Position numbers and translations under genes: made by a program. The notes under the pieces were generated by a model. The model had not been told where the DNA came from, did no database searches, and saw only the letters and a list, made by a program, of their open reading frames with translations. Positions 50,469 through 59,623 of a stretch of 64,000 nucleotides of DNA are shown one piece after another (position 1 is the stretch's first letter; each line of letters starts with the position of its first letter). Origin of the DNA: an uncultured Acidobacteriota bacterium (GTDB lineage Bacteria; Acidobacteriota; UBA6911; RPQK01; JAPXNP01); NCBI GenBank assembly GCA_963777605.1, contig CAVZRV010000029.1, positions 416,001-480,000 of the forward strand, in the 5' to 3' direction.

Positions 50469-51537
50469 CTACGCTCTTTCTACAGTCAAGGTCACGCCGC
50501 CCTGGAGCACCCGGTTGCCGTTCCCGTCGGTTGCGAAGGCGTGGACATTGAACGACTGCGCGCCGCTGACGGCGGAATCCATCGGTTCGATCCGAGCTTT
50601 GACATCGACCTCCGTGCCGGAGTCGAGGACAAAGGACTGAGGTTCGAGGTCCACCATCCAGGCGGCTGTTATCGGGAAGAGTCCATAGCGCTGTTCGGCC
50701 AGGGCCCGCTTCCACCGGGCGCGGCTTTCGGAGAGGCGGCCGGGGACCGTTGTTCCACGGCGCCGGGCTTTTTCGCCGTCAACTCGAGGAGGAGGCTCAT
50801 CTTCCGGACCGCAAAGCCGGGGGACAGGGAGGTGGTACATATCAGCCTCCAGCTCGAACAATCGCCTGCTGCCGGCGTCGTTGCGAACCTTGAAGGTGAA
50901 GAATGCGGGGGAATGAGCGGTGCCGACGTCCGTATTCTCCTGGCCCAGGTTGTTATCCGGGTTGGCATCGTCAGCCCAATCGAGCCGGGCCTGGAGGCAG
51001 TAATGGCCCGCCACTGAGGGTGTCCTCCAGTGGAAATGTCGCCACTGCCGGGTGCTGACTCGAACCTTTGACACCCAGATTCACGTAGTCAATCCCGACC
51101 ACGGTCGAAGCGGCACCGACCCCGAAACTCATATAGGACAGGTGCACCGGGAGCCCAATCGCCGGTGCGTCATAGGACCCGTTCCAGACGGTAACCTGAA
51201 CCTCGTAGAGGGTGTCGGTTTCCAGGTTGTGGGAGTTTACGGGGACTCCTCCCTTGAAGAGTTGAATATCCGGGTTGTCCCAGGTCACCGACAAACCCTG
51301 CTTCATTAGATACTGCTGAGAGTAAATCAGCGGATCCGCGCGCTTGTAGGAGGTGTTCGGCAGGCGGATACAGCAATCGGTCGAACGAGGCGGCGTCTTT
51401 CTGCGACGGCAGTCGCGAAGGCGCCGGAACAGGCCCCAGAGCAGGTCGCAGATTGCGGGCCCGAGCCCGCGTAAAGCTCGCAGGAGATCTCTGAAGCTCA
51501 GGACTCCACCCTTGATGCCCCGGATCAATAGACTCAC
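50469..51537 (-). CDS. Uncharacterised Ig-like (CARDB-like) protein with one frameshift
   Basis: DPLIYSQQYLM..TWDNPDI..VWN..VATF joins WRTPSVAGHYCLQARLD..NNLGQEN; frame change near 51035. Confidence 0.7.
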
Positions 51538-51599
51538 GGGATCCTCCTTCCGCCGAAGGTTCGGGCTCGAACCTTTAAAAGCGTTGCTGGTCGAGGAGC

Positions 51600-51770
51600 T
51601 TATCGATGCGGATCTTCAGGACCGCCCGAGTGCACCGAGAAGGCTCCAGAGTGAAGATGCCGGGCAAAGATTAGAAGCGCGAGGACCAGTGGGACTGCGA
51701 GCAGAATCAATTCGAGCGACCCGCTTCCGCCATCTGGACTCACGCCAAAAAACTCTTCAATGAAATGCAT
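51600..51770 (-). CDS. Small single-TM protein
   Basis: MHFIEEFFGVSPDGGSGSLE followed by a TM helix; RBS AAGGAG. Confidence 0.65.
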   Translation of the reverse strand: MHFIEEFFGVSPDGGSGSLELILLAVPLVLALLIFARHLHSGAFSVHSGGPEDPHR

Positions 51771-52188
51771 ACAGTTCTCTCCTTTACAGGTTAATGTTGG
51801 ACGATCAGGTGGACAATTGGACCGGGCATACACGTACCCTCCTTGCCCTGCTCTGGGAGTCCTCCCCATCCATCCCGCACAGAGACGAATAGAAACGAAG
51901 GTTATTTAAGGCGGTCAGACCTGAGTTGCCCCCACTGTAGTTGAGCATGAATTCTGAAGTCAATAAAAAAATCCTATTGATTGAGCGATTAATTCCGGTG
52001 GCCTCATCGGTTGAGAGTGGCCTTGGCTTATTCAGGTCCCCTGTCAGGGCCCGTCATCTTGCATGAGCGGGACTTCGAAATTTCCGAACGCAAGCCTGCG
52101 GAAAGGCTTCCGGCCTTGGTGGGTTGGCTGTAACTATTTGAATGCAAAGGTTATGTGTGAGACCATGTGAGGTACGGGGCTCTTCTGA

Positions 52189-52584
52189 AGCTGTATCGCG
52201 GTCCATCACCGAGGTCTTGACGGAGCCGCGGTGGAGCATGTCGAGCAGTCGGTATCACGGATCTTTTCGGCTGTCGGTGCGGGACTCGATCTCGAGCTCA
52301 AGCGCTTTGACGGCGGGCTCGAGTTCCAGATCCCCGGAGCATCCAAGGGAGTAGTCATCCGGCGATTGCTCGACGAGGCGGAAAACAGCGGCGGAATGAC
52401 GGCGTATCTGGGGGACGACTTGACCGACGAGGATGCCTTCGAGGAACTGGAGGGGCAGGGCCTGCGCGTGTTGGTCCGTCCAGAATACCGAAAGACCCGG
52501 GCCGATGTTTGGTTGACGCCCCCAGCGGAGCTGCTCGCTTTCCTGGAGCGGTGGAGGAATACCGTGGGAGGGAGTCGAGTGTGA
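52189..52584 (+). pseudogene. otsB: Trehalose-6-phosphate phosphatase, N-terminally truncated
   Basis: IAVHHRGL, SKG, YLGDDLTDEDAF present; HAD motif I (DxDGT) missing; in-frame TGA at 52186. Confidence 0.8.
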
Positions 52585-54068
52585 GCCAGGCAGAGAATTC
52601 GCGGAAACGGCTCATCATCGTCTCCAACCGGCTGCCGGTTCGGGTCACCCGGGACGCCAGCGGTACATGGCAAGCGAAAACCGGCAGCGGCGGTCTCGTG
52701 ACGGCATTGACCCCGATTCTCCGCGATCGAGCCGGGGTCTGGATCGGCTGGCCCGGCGTCGCCGAGGAGGACGCCCCGTCCGATCTCCGGGAGACTCTCG
52801 AGAAGGCCCGAGAAGAACTTGGATACCGTATCGAACCGGTCTCCCTGACACGCCGGGAGGAGAAGGATTTTTACGAGGGATTCTCGAATGAGATCGTCTG
52901 GCCGATCTTCCACGACCTGCAGTCTCTCTGCAACTTCAATCCCCGGTACTGGGCTGCCTATCAGACTGCGAACCGGAAGTTTGCCGAAGCGATAGCCAAA
53001 GAATGGACGCCGGGCGACTATGTCTGGGTCCATGATTACCACCTCATGAGTGTGGGCCAGGAACTGCGCCGCCTCGAGGTCTCCGCCAGCGTCGGTTTCT
53101 TTCTGCATATTCCCTTTCCTCCGCTCGATATCTTCCTCAAGATCCCCTGGAGGCTGGAACTGCTCAGGGCGCTGCTCGATTACGACCTGATCGGCTTTCA
53201 GACCGAACGTGACCGGCGGAATTTTGTGCAGTGCGTGCGGGCCCTGATTCCGGGTGTGATGTTCAAGGGCCGGGGGCGAGTGGTCTCGGCACGCCTGGGG
53301 GATCGTGAGATCCGGACTGGCAGCTTCCCGATTTCAATCGATGCGGCCGACTTTGCCGCGGCGGCCGACACGCGAGAAGTCGCCGATGCGGCCTGGTACA
53401 TCCACGAGAACCTGCCGAAGCGCCAAATCGTCCTGGGGGTGGACCGACTCGACTACACCAAGGGGATTCCCTACCGTCTCGAAGCATTTCGAGAGGCCCT
53501 GATCCGTCATCCGGAACTCCGTGGAAAGATCTCACTGGTGCAAGTCGTCGTGCCGAGTCGGACCGGCGTCTCTGAATACCAGGATCTGCGTTCCGAAATC
53601 GAACGGCTCGTCAGCGCCATCAACGGTCGGTTCACCCGCTCCGGGTGGGTGCCGGTTCACTACATTTTCCGCTCCCTCTCCCGGACCGAACTACTTGGCT
53701 ACTACCGCGCCTGTGAGATTGCGCTGATCACTCCTCTCAAGGATGGGATGAACCTGATCGCAAAGGAGTACTGCGCATGCCAGACTCGAAACGACGGGGT
53801 GCTGATCCTGAGCGAGTTTGCGGGTTCGGCGCCGCAATTGCGAAAGGGCGCCATCCTGGTCAACCCGTATCACATTCTGCAGGTGGCCGACACCATCCAC
53901 ACCGCCTTCAATATGGGCAAGCATGAGCGCCGTTCGAGGATGCGACGACTCCGAAAGGCGATTCGCCACCGCGATGTCTTCTGGTGGGTTGACTCGTTCC
54001 TGAAAGCCGCCATCTCCAAAGACCTTGACGACTTCCCAGTCCTCGATGGATACCTCGCCGGGCACTGA
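52581..54068 (+). CDS. otsA: Trehalose-6-phosphate synthase
   Basis: VSNRLP, GGLVTAL, WVHDYHL, FFLHIPFP, GVDRLDYTKGI, DGMNLIAKEY, LSEFAG; GTG at 52581. Confidence 0.96.
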   Translation: MSQAENSRKRLIIVSNRLPVRVTRDASGTWQAKTGSGGLVTALTPILRDRAGVWIGWPGVAEEDAPSDLRETLEKAREELGYRIEPVSLTRREEKDFYEGFSNEIVWPIFHDLQSLCNFNPRYWAAYQTANRKFAEAIAKEWTPGDYVWVHDYHLMSVGQELRRLEVSASVGFFLHIPFPPLDIFLKIPWRLELLRALLDYDLIGFQTERDRRNFVQCVRALIPGVMFKGRGRVVSARLGDREIRTGSFPISIDAADFAAAADTREVADAAWYIHENLPKRQIVLGVDRLDYTKGIPYRLEAFREALIRHPELRGKISLVQVVVPSRTGVSEYQDLRSEIERLVSAINGRFTRSGWVPVHYIFRSLSRTELLGYYRACEIALITPLKDGMNLIAKEYCACQTRNDGVLILSEFAGSAPQLRKGAILVNPYHILQVADTIHTAFNMGKHERRSRMRRLRKAIRHRDVFWWVDSFLKAAISKDLDDFPVLDGYLAGH

Positions 54069-54241
54069 ATCGCACCGCCGGTTAACCTGCATTCGAGAAA
54101 ATGGAAGAATGCCGAAACCAACCGTTATTACCGGCGACGAGGCGGTGACAGAACCGGACCCAGAGGGTTGAATGGGGCGAATTACTGCGTTGGAGAGACC
54201 CGCGGCGAAAATGGAACGAGCCCGGGACGCTCGGAACTGTA

Positions 54242-55188
54242 ATGGATATGGCTTCAATGTTAGAGGTTCTGGCTGAAGTCCGCAGGAGGTGGGTCCGAAG
54301 AAGGAGGCATCTCCTGGCGGGTCGCTTCTGGGGGAAGCAACACTCCGGTTTGACCGCAACTCACGCATTCTGGTTGGGAGTCGACGAAGTCATGGCATGG
54401 GTCAACCTGAAGGTCTCGGGACAACCCCAGATTTGGCCACTCTCATGGTTCTTGATGTCGTTGCCAGCAGATCAATTGCCGGTCCAAGATGCACTCTCGA
54501 TTGGATGTGGAGAGGGCAGCCTGGAACGGGAGGTCCTTCGGCACAAAGCGGCTCATCGCGTGACCGGAATCGATGTCAGTCCGAAATCTCTCGAACTGGC
54601 ATCTGGGGCGGCCGAGAAGGCAGGATACGCAGATCGGCTCGAGTATCGGTGTTCCGACGCGAGGAACTGGCTCGCAAGCAGCGGGGGGGGCGATCGACCT
54701 CATTTTCTTCCACGCCAGTCTCCATCATATTGAAGAGCTTGAAGACGTACTGAGTCTTTGCGCGCAACGGCTCACGGCCGGCAACCCCGGGCTGCTGTAT
54801 GTCGACGAGTACATCGGTCCCTCCAGGGACGAATGGACCGAGTCGGACCTGAGCCATGCCGCGACCCTTTTCCAACGGGTCCCGCGCAGATTCCGCCAGG
54901 AGGAAACGGCTGAACTTTCCAGTCGCCTACGAAGACCCCACGGAAATGATCCGCTCATCGGAGATCGAGCCAATCCTGAGGCAGCACTTCGAAATCGTCG
55001 AGTACAAGCCGTATTACGGCAACGTTTTGATGCCGCTCGTCTGTGGGATCCGGCCCGAAGGCCTCGATAAACCCGAGGTCCGAACGGTTCTGAAAGACGC
55101 CATGGCCCTGGAAGACGATCTTGCGGAGCGAGACTTGCTGGCCCCACTCTACGCGGTTTTCGTGGCTCGCCCGAAGTCCGTTGGATGA
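54242..55188 (+). pseudogene. Class I SAM-dependent methyltransferase with two frameshifts
   Basis: LSIGCGEG, GIDVS; continues DLIFFHASLHH..DEYIGP then DPTEMIRS; shifts at the G8 run (54683-54690) and near 54905. Confidence 0.75.
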
Positions 55189-55347
55189 CGGGCTGAACGA
55201 GTCATATCGGCCGGTGTCACGGTTGCGAAATTGTGCCAAGAGCTGTCACAGGGGGGAGGGAGATTGAAGGTTTTCATTGCTTTGTTCCATGCGCCTGTTG
55301 ATGATCAGTAGGTCGATCAGAGGGACACTTCAACTGAGGAGCGCATC

Positions 55348-56847
55348 TTGAGAATCAAACGATTTGCGGTAGTGTTGACCGGGCTCTGCTTGTTGGGCAC
55401 AGGTGGGGCCCTGGCGCAGATGAACCGGTTTCAAACCGAGGATTTCAGCCAGCAGGCCGTCGTACTTGTGCCGCCGCCGGTGCCCGACGGTTCGGATGCA
55501 ACACGGCTCTTCGCCGACTGGGGCATTACGATTTCCACCGAATCGGGGCAGGCGCCGGTGACAGGTACGCGGTCGGCGGTAGCCAATTTTGGTATCCCTC
55601 CGGCTCCGGTTCCGGTCATCCTGGGCTCCGGTCCGAATGGGGAGGATACCGGGGCCTTGATCATCAACTGCATCGCCCCCGTTCGTCGTTTGTACCTGTC
55701 TTTGGGAGCGGAACCGGTGTTGGTTGCTACGGTACGATACTTCGACCTCGAAGGAGTATTGCTGGGGGAGCTGTCAAAGACCCTTCTGCCAGAGTATTTT
55801 CCGGCCGTGCCGTTTGTGGTTGAGGCTGAGGAGGGGCGATCCATCGGTCGGATCGAAGTCGAGTATGACAATCCGACTGAGCCGGAAACGCTCTTTCTGA
55901 TTGACGCCGATTTCGTTACGCCTCCAAGTTTTCGCTCTTGTGCGGCCCAGGTGGCCCACGGCCGGCTTCCCGACCAGGAGCGGACGCTCGAGACCCAGCT
56001 CTCCGTGACCAATTCGGCTGTACCGGACAGCCTCGATGCATTTCACGCCAAGGCCGTTGTCTCGCTCGAGTTCCGAGATTCCGCCGGTACTCTCTGGCCG
56101 GCGATTGGAGACGGAGAACCGACGAGCCGACTGGACTTTACGCTTCAGGATGTCGAGTCGAAGATCGTCCGGACCACGAACTCGGTTTCGGAGCTGGATC
56201 AGGGTTATGCCTGCGCCACGTCGAACTACCCGCTGGAGTTGGCCGCCGTCTACCGGATCCTGGATGCGGACGGAAGGCCGGTTTCAGAGGCGGGGATCCA
56301 GGGGACCGTTCCCGGTTATCGATTCTTCGGGATCGCGCAGAAGGACCGGGAGGAGGAGACGAACACGGCACTGGCGCTGGCCAACCTGTCGGCCGAAGAG
56401 ACAACGATTTACATCCGGCTTCTTCTTCCGCAGTTCGAACGCCACGAGGTGGAATGGGTGCTGGCGCCCGGAGAGCAGAGGGCGGCGTTTGTCGATGAAC
56501 TGGTCCCGGAACTGGCGGATCGGGATTTTGACGGCAGCATCGAGATCGTAGGAGATGAGGAAATCGTGGGGACCCTCCTCCGGACGATTCGCGGAGTCGT
56601 CTCCTCAAGCCTCCCCTTGGGCCGCTCCCCACCGGTAGCCGGTAGCTCACCCGCTATCCCAGATGCTGACACGGCCTCCGGTTTGCTTCTCCAGTACCTC
56701 TGCGATCAACTCAGGATCTGCCTCCTTCAAGTAGATCAGAAGCCGCCTGCCGCCACGGGTTTCGATAATGCAGCGTTCCGGTTCGATCGTCAGTCGGACG
56801 ACATCACTATACGGAACGAACTGACTTCTGCCGAACCGCGATCTTGA
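55348..56847 (+). CDS. Secreted paralogue 1 (variable N-domain plus conserved C-terminal module)
   Basis: Signal peptide; AQVAHG, GYACATSNYP, EAGI, NTALALAN, LRTIRGVVSSSLP; homology ends near 56625 and the rest reads through antisense of the next gene. Confidence 0.8.
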   Translation: MRIKRFAVVLTGLCLLGTGGALAQMNRFQTEDFSQQAVVLVPPPVPDGSDATRLFADWGITISTESGQAPVTGTRSAVANFGIPPAPVPVILGSGPNGEDTGALIINCIAPVRRLYLSLGAEPVLVATVRYFDLEGVLLGELSKTLLPEYFPAVPFVVEAEEGRSIGRIEVEYDNPTEPETLFLIDADFVTPPSFRSCAAQVAHGRLPDQERTLETQLSVTNSAVPDSLDAFHAKAVVSLEFRDSAGTLWPAIGDGEPTSRLDFTLQDVESKIVRTTNSVSELDQGYACATSNYPLELAAVYRILDADGRPVSEAGIQGTVPGYRFFGIAQKDREEETNTALALANLSAEETTIYIRLLLPQFERHEVEWVLAPGEQRAAFVDELVPELADRDFDGSIEIVGDEEIVGTLLRTIRGVVSSSLPLGRSPPVAGSSPAIPDADTASGLLLQYLCDQLRICLLQVDQKPPAATGFDNAAFRFDRQSDDITIRNELTSAEPRS

Positions 56848-57108
56848 ATGGAGGCCGGTATCTAAGAACTGGGTCTTCCGAACAAACAAATCGAGAATCG
56901 CCCCAATCCCTATCGGGTAAACCAGCAAAACGATGTAATAGCCCCGGCCAAGCTCGCGAGCTCCCTCCCAAAGCAACGGGCCGAGCACGACGAGCCCAAC
57001 GAATCCAATCAAAGAGAGAGGCGGTATCGCCCACTCGCTCTTGCGGTGAGAAATACTCTCCCATGTCCATCCTGGACGTTGCGATTCATCCGTTCGGCTC
57101 CCTGCCAT
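56647..57108 (-). CDS. Small membrane protein (2 TM plus PH-like beta domain)
   Basis: Two TMs then GLHSRSRFGRSQFVPYSDV; ATG at 57108. Confidence 0.55.
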   Translation of the reverse strand: MAGSRTDESQRPGWTWESISHRKSEWAIPPLSLIGFVGLVVLGPLLWEGARELGRGYYIVLLVYPIGIGAILDLFVRKTQFLDTGLHSRSRFGRSQFVPYSDVVRLTIEPERCIIETRGGRRLLIYLKEADPELIAEVLEKQTGGRVSIWDSG

Positions 57109-57219
57109 TAACTGCTCGGTTTCCGGGCACGTACCTTCGACGGTTACAGGGGGCGACGTAATAAGGCAGCAAAGCGGTTTCTTGCCGTGTCCCGTCCCCA
57201 TCGCTACGTTGAGAATGCC

Positions 57220-57432
57220 TCAACTCCTTCGTTTCTCCTCCTTCCTACGCACCAGTAACGAAATTGAGAATCCCACGGTTCCGTAGAGTCCGAGAGATCC
57301 AAGAACAACAGAGACGCAGAGCATTATCTGGTAGCTCGAGCCCGAAAGCCTCGGAAGAACGAAACAATAGGAGCCAAGTCCGAAAACGAACATCGAGAAG
57401 GCAAGAATAAGGACCCGTTTGGTTCTCCCCAT
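57220..57432 (-). CDS. Small 2-TM hypothetical protein
   Basis: 70 aa with two hydrophobic helices and a basic tail. Confidence 0.5.
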   Translation of the reverse strand: MGRTKRVLILAFSMFVFGLGSYCFVLPRLSGSSYQIMLCVSVVLGSLGLYGTVGFSISLLVRRKEEKRRS

Positions 57433-57442
57433 TTCTTTCAGC

Positions 57443-57709
57443 TCAGTCCGCCTCCCAGCAATGGCGGGCGATCCACTCCTGGAGGACGGCAATGGCGTCG
57501 GCCGCGTGTTCACCCCAGTGAATGTCGAAGTTCGCGCGCCACTCGTGTGCGGCGTCCTCAATTCTGCCCTTCTCGTAATATCGAAGGCCAGACTTCAAGT
57601 CGCTCCAAACGTCGGCAAGATCGTCCGCCAGATCGCCAACCATGAACTCAAGGCTTTCGGATCGGTTCGAACGCGTTCCATCGCTCTGGCACCCACCGAC
57701 CACCATCAA
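57443..57709 (-). pseudogene. DUF5063-like gene fragment
   Basis: GDLADDLADVWSDLKSGL..AAHEWR..F..HWGEHA; upstream RWNAFEP lies in another frame. Confidence 0.6.
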
Positions 57710-57826
57710 TCGATCGAACCATCTTGAGAAGCGACGCTCCGCGCTCAGGCGACGCCAAACACCGAGTCGACCAGGCTTCGATTTCGAGCAACTTTCGCGT
57801 TCGTCGGTTCATCCAGGCTTCTCTTA

Positions 57827-58186
57827 TTAATCTGAATGGGAGGAAGGCTCTCTTCCCCGGACTTCGGTTTCCACTCCAGATTCACTCTGCCGGGCCGCGA
57901 GGTTGGGTACAGGCCCGTTTCCGCCTGGGTTTTTCAACAGCCATTCGCGCCTTTCCGCCTTCCAAATAGGGGTCAGTACCAACCCTGCAAAAGCAGCCCA
58001 GAAAGAGAATCCACAAATGAGGATTATCAACGCCCTCAGGAGTTCACGTTGGCTCGATACATTCAACGCCAGCAGCGCACAACTCAAAAGGAAGAGAACT
58101 GCCCCAATGAACCGCAGCCGTTTCAGAAAGCGGATGATCCGGTCATACCCGTCTAAGGATCGCTGTGGTTCTTGGTACCTAGCCAT
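57827..58186 (-). CDS. Small 2-TM hypothetical protein
   Basis: ATG at 58186; two hydrophobic segments. Confidence 0.5.
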   Translation of the reverse strand: MARYQEPQRSLDGYDRIIRFLKRLRFIGAVLFLLSCALLALNVSSQRELLRALIILICGFSFWAAFAGLVLTPIWKAERREWLLKNPGGNGPVPNLAARQSESGVETEVRGREPSSHSD

Positions 58187-58272
58187 CTCATGTACCCTTA
58201 AAGGATTAATGCATTTAAACCACCTCAGAAAGGGCCGTCTTTCGACTGGGTCCAGATCAATATCGCCTCCGA

Positions 58273-59138
58273 TCATTCCCTGAAGAACCACAGCCAGAAA
58301 TCCTGCGAACCGGCACCGTGAGCATATCGCATCTCGAAATGGTGCTTTGCCGCCATTTGCTGCATGTCTTCTTCGGAGAAGGAGACTCCCACCCAGGTGG
58401 CCATTTCTGTTTCACGGGCATCCGGGACCCGGTGATCGCTTCGAAAGAGCCGGCTCCACTGCTTCACATGAGGTGACGGCAACGAAGCCCCCTGCGCCTG
58501 GAACTTGAATAGCCGTCCCGGCTTGAGCACGCGGGCGACTTCTGCGATGTAGCTCTCGACGATGGACGCTCGAGGCACGTGTTGAAAGACCAGCATTGAA
58601 AACACAAAGTCGAAGGACTGGTCGGGAAATTGTTGCAGGGTCGAGCCATCGTTTTGAAATACCTCACGTTCGGCAGATCGCTCAGATAGTGCGTCGCGTG
58701 CCGGATCATTTCGTGACTGACGTCCACGCCGACCACCTCTCCAAAGATGTGAGCCAAGGCCCGGGTGATCCGACCGACACCGCAGCCAATTTCCAGAACC
58801 CGCATTTGCCTGGGGTCGTCGCCCTGGGTGATGTTCACCATGTCGTTGAGGATGTGCTGCGCAGTGGTCGTCTCGCCGCTGGCAAAGAATTCCTCCTCAC
58901 TCCACTGCCGCTCGCTGGTGGCCACATAATGGAGTGGATTCTTTCGGGCCCGGCGGTTCCAGTCGGCCCGCATGATCCAACGATCCAGGATCCGTTGTGC
59001 ACCGGCGCGGATGGACTCGAACCGGTTTCGAGCACTTTCCACCAAACGAGTCTTGTGCATCATCCTTCCCTGAGTCTTTGAACGGGCCGCCCGAATTATC
59101 TTCGTCTCGGATTCCATCGACCGAGGAGTGGAGAGCAC
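58273..59138 (-). pseudogene. Class I SAM-dependent methyltransferase with one frameshift
   Basis: DWNRRA, FFASG, LEIGCGVGR, GVDVS; continues FDFVFSMLVFQHVP..RVLKPG after a shift near 58652; true start probably downstream of 59138. Confidence 0.8.
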
Positions 59139-59359
59139 GTTTCATTCCTTGAGTGCGAATTCCCTCTTTGGGCCTGTGAGAATCGAGGCGACATGAACCC
59201 TAGCCTCGATCGCTACTGGCCTCATCTGGCTTGTGGGGCCGCACGTTTGGGGCAACCGGGGACACGTGATCCGGCCAAGGTCGCAGGGCTCAGGCTGCCT
59301 GATTTGTGCGGTCGTCCAACCCAGCGGGCGGGTCGGAATGTCCCGGCGGTGTGTCACTT

Positions 59360-59400
59360 GTAGGACTTTTGCGTTGGGATTTCCCATGAGGAGATCTCCT
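59360..59400. promoter_or_regulatory. Cluster of related palindromic operator-like sites
   Basis: GTAGGACTTT, TGGGATTTCCCA (59375-59386), AGGAGATCTCCT (59389-59400) in the divergent intergenic region. Confidence 0.35.
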
Positions 59401-59623
59401 GTGAGAGAAGGGCTGACAGGGACTATCGGAGCCTTTTTACAGAAATGGGTGCTCAAATGCTCTTCCAAGTTTCTCTGGAATGCGATGTGCGTAGAACGTA
59501 AGCTGGCGTTGGCACGGTCAATCTGAACCGTTCGACCATGGGCGCTGGAATGTTCTCTTGATGGCTCGGATTGACCGCTTGCCGCCTGGGGCTTGGCGCC
59601 GGCAAAGGGAGGAGGAATTCACG

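Noticed and set aside
52080-52135. c-di-GMP-I riboswitch-like GCAA...GAAA...CCGGCCT
   Set aside because: P2/P3 arrangement and GACGCAAA segment do not fit
55223-55241. Sigma54 promoter-like TTGGCAC on the minus strand (also at ~59509 on plus)
   Set aside because: GG-to-GC spacing is 9 rather than 10 here, and the second site lacks the -12 GC
56647-58273. Integron attC sites between the small genes
   Set aside because: No RYYYAAC...GTTRRRY pair with a suitable hairpin in the spacers
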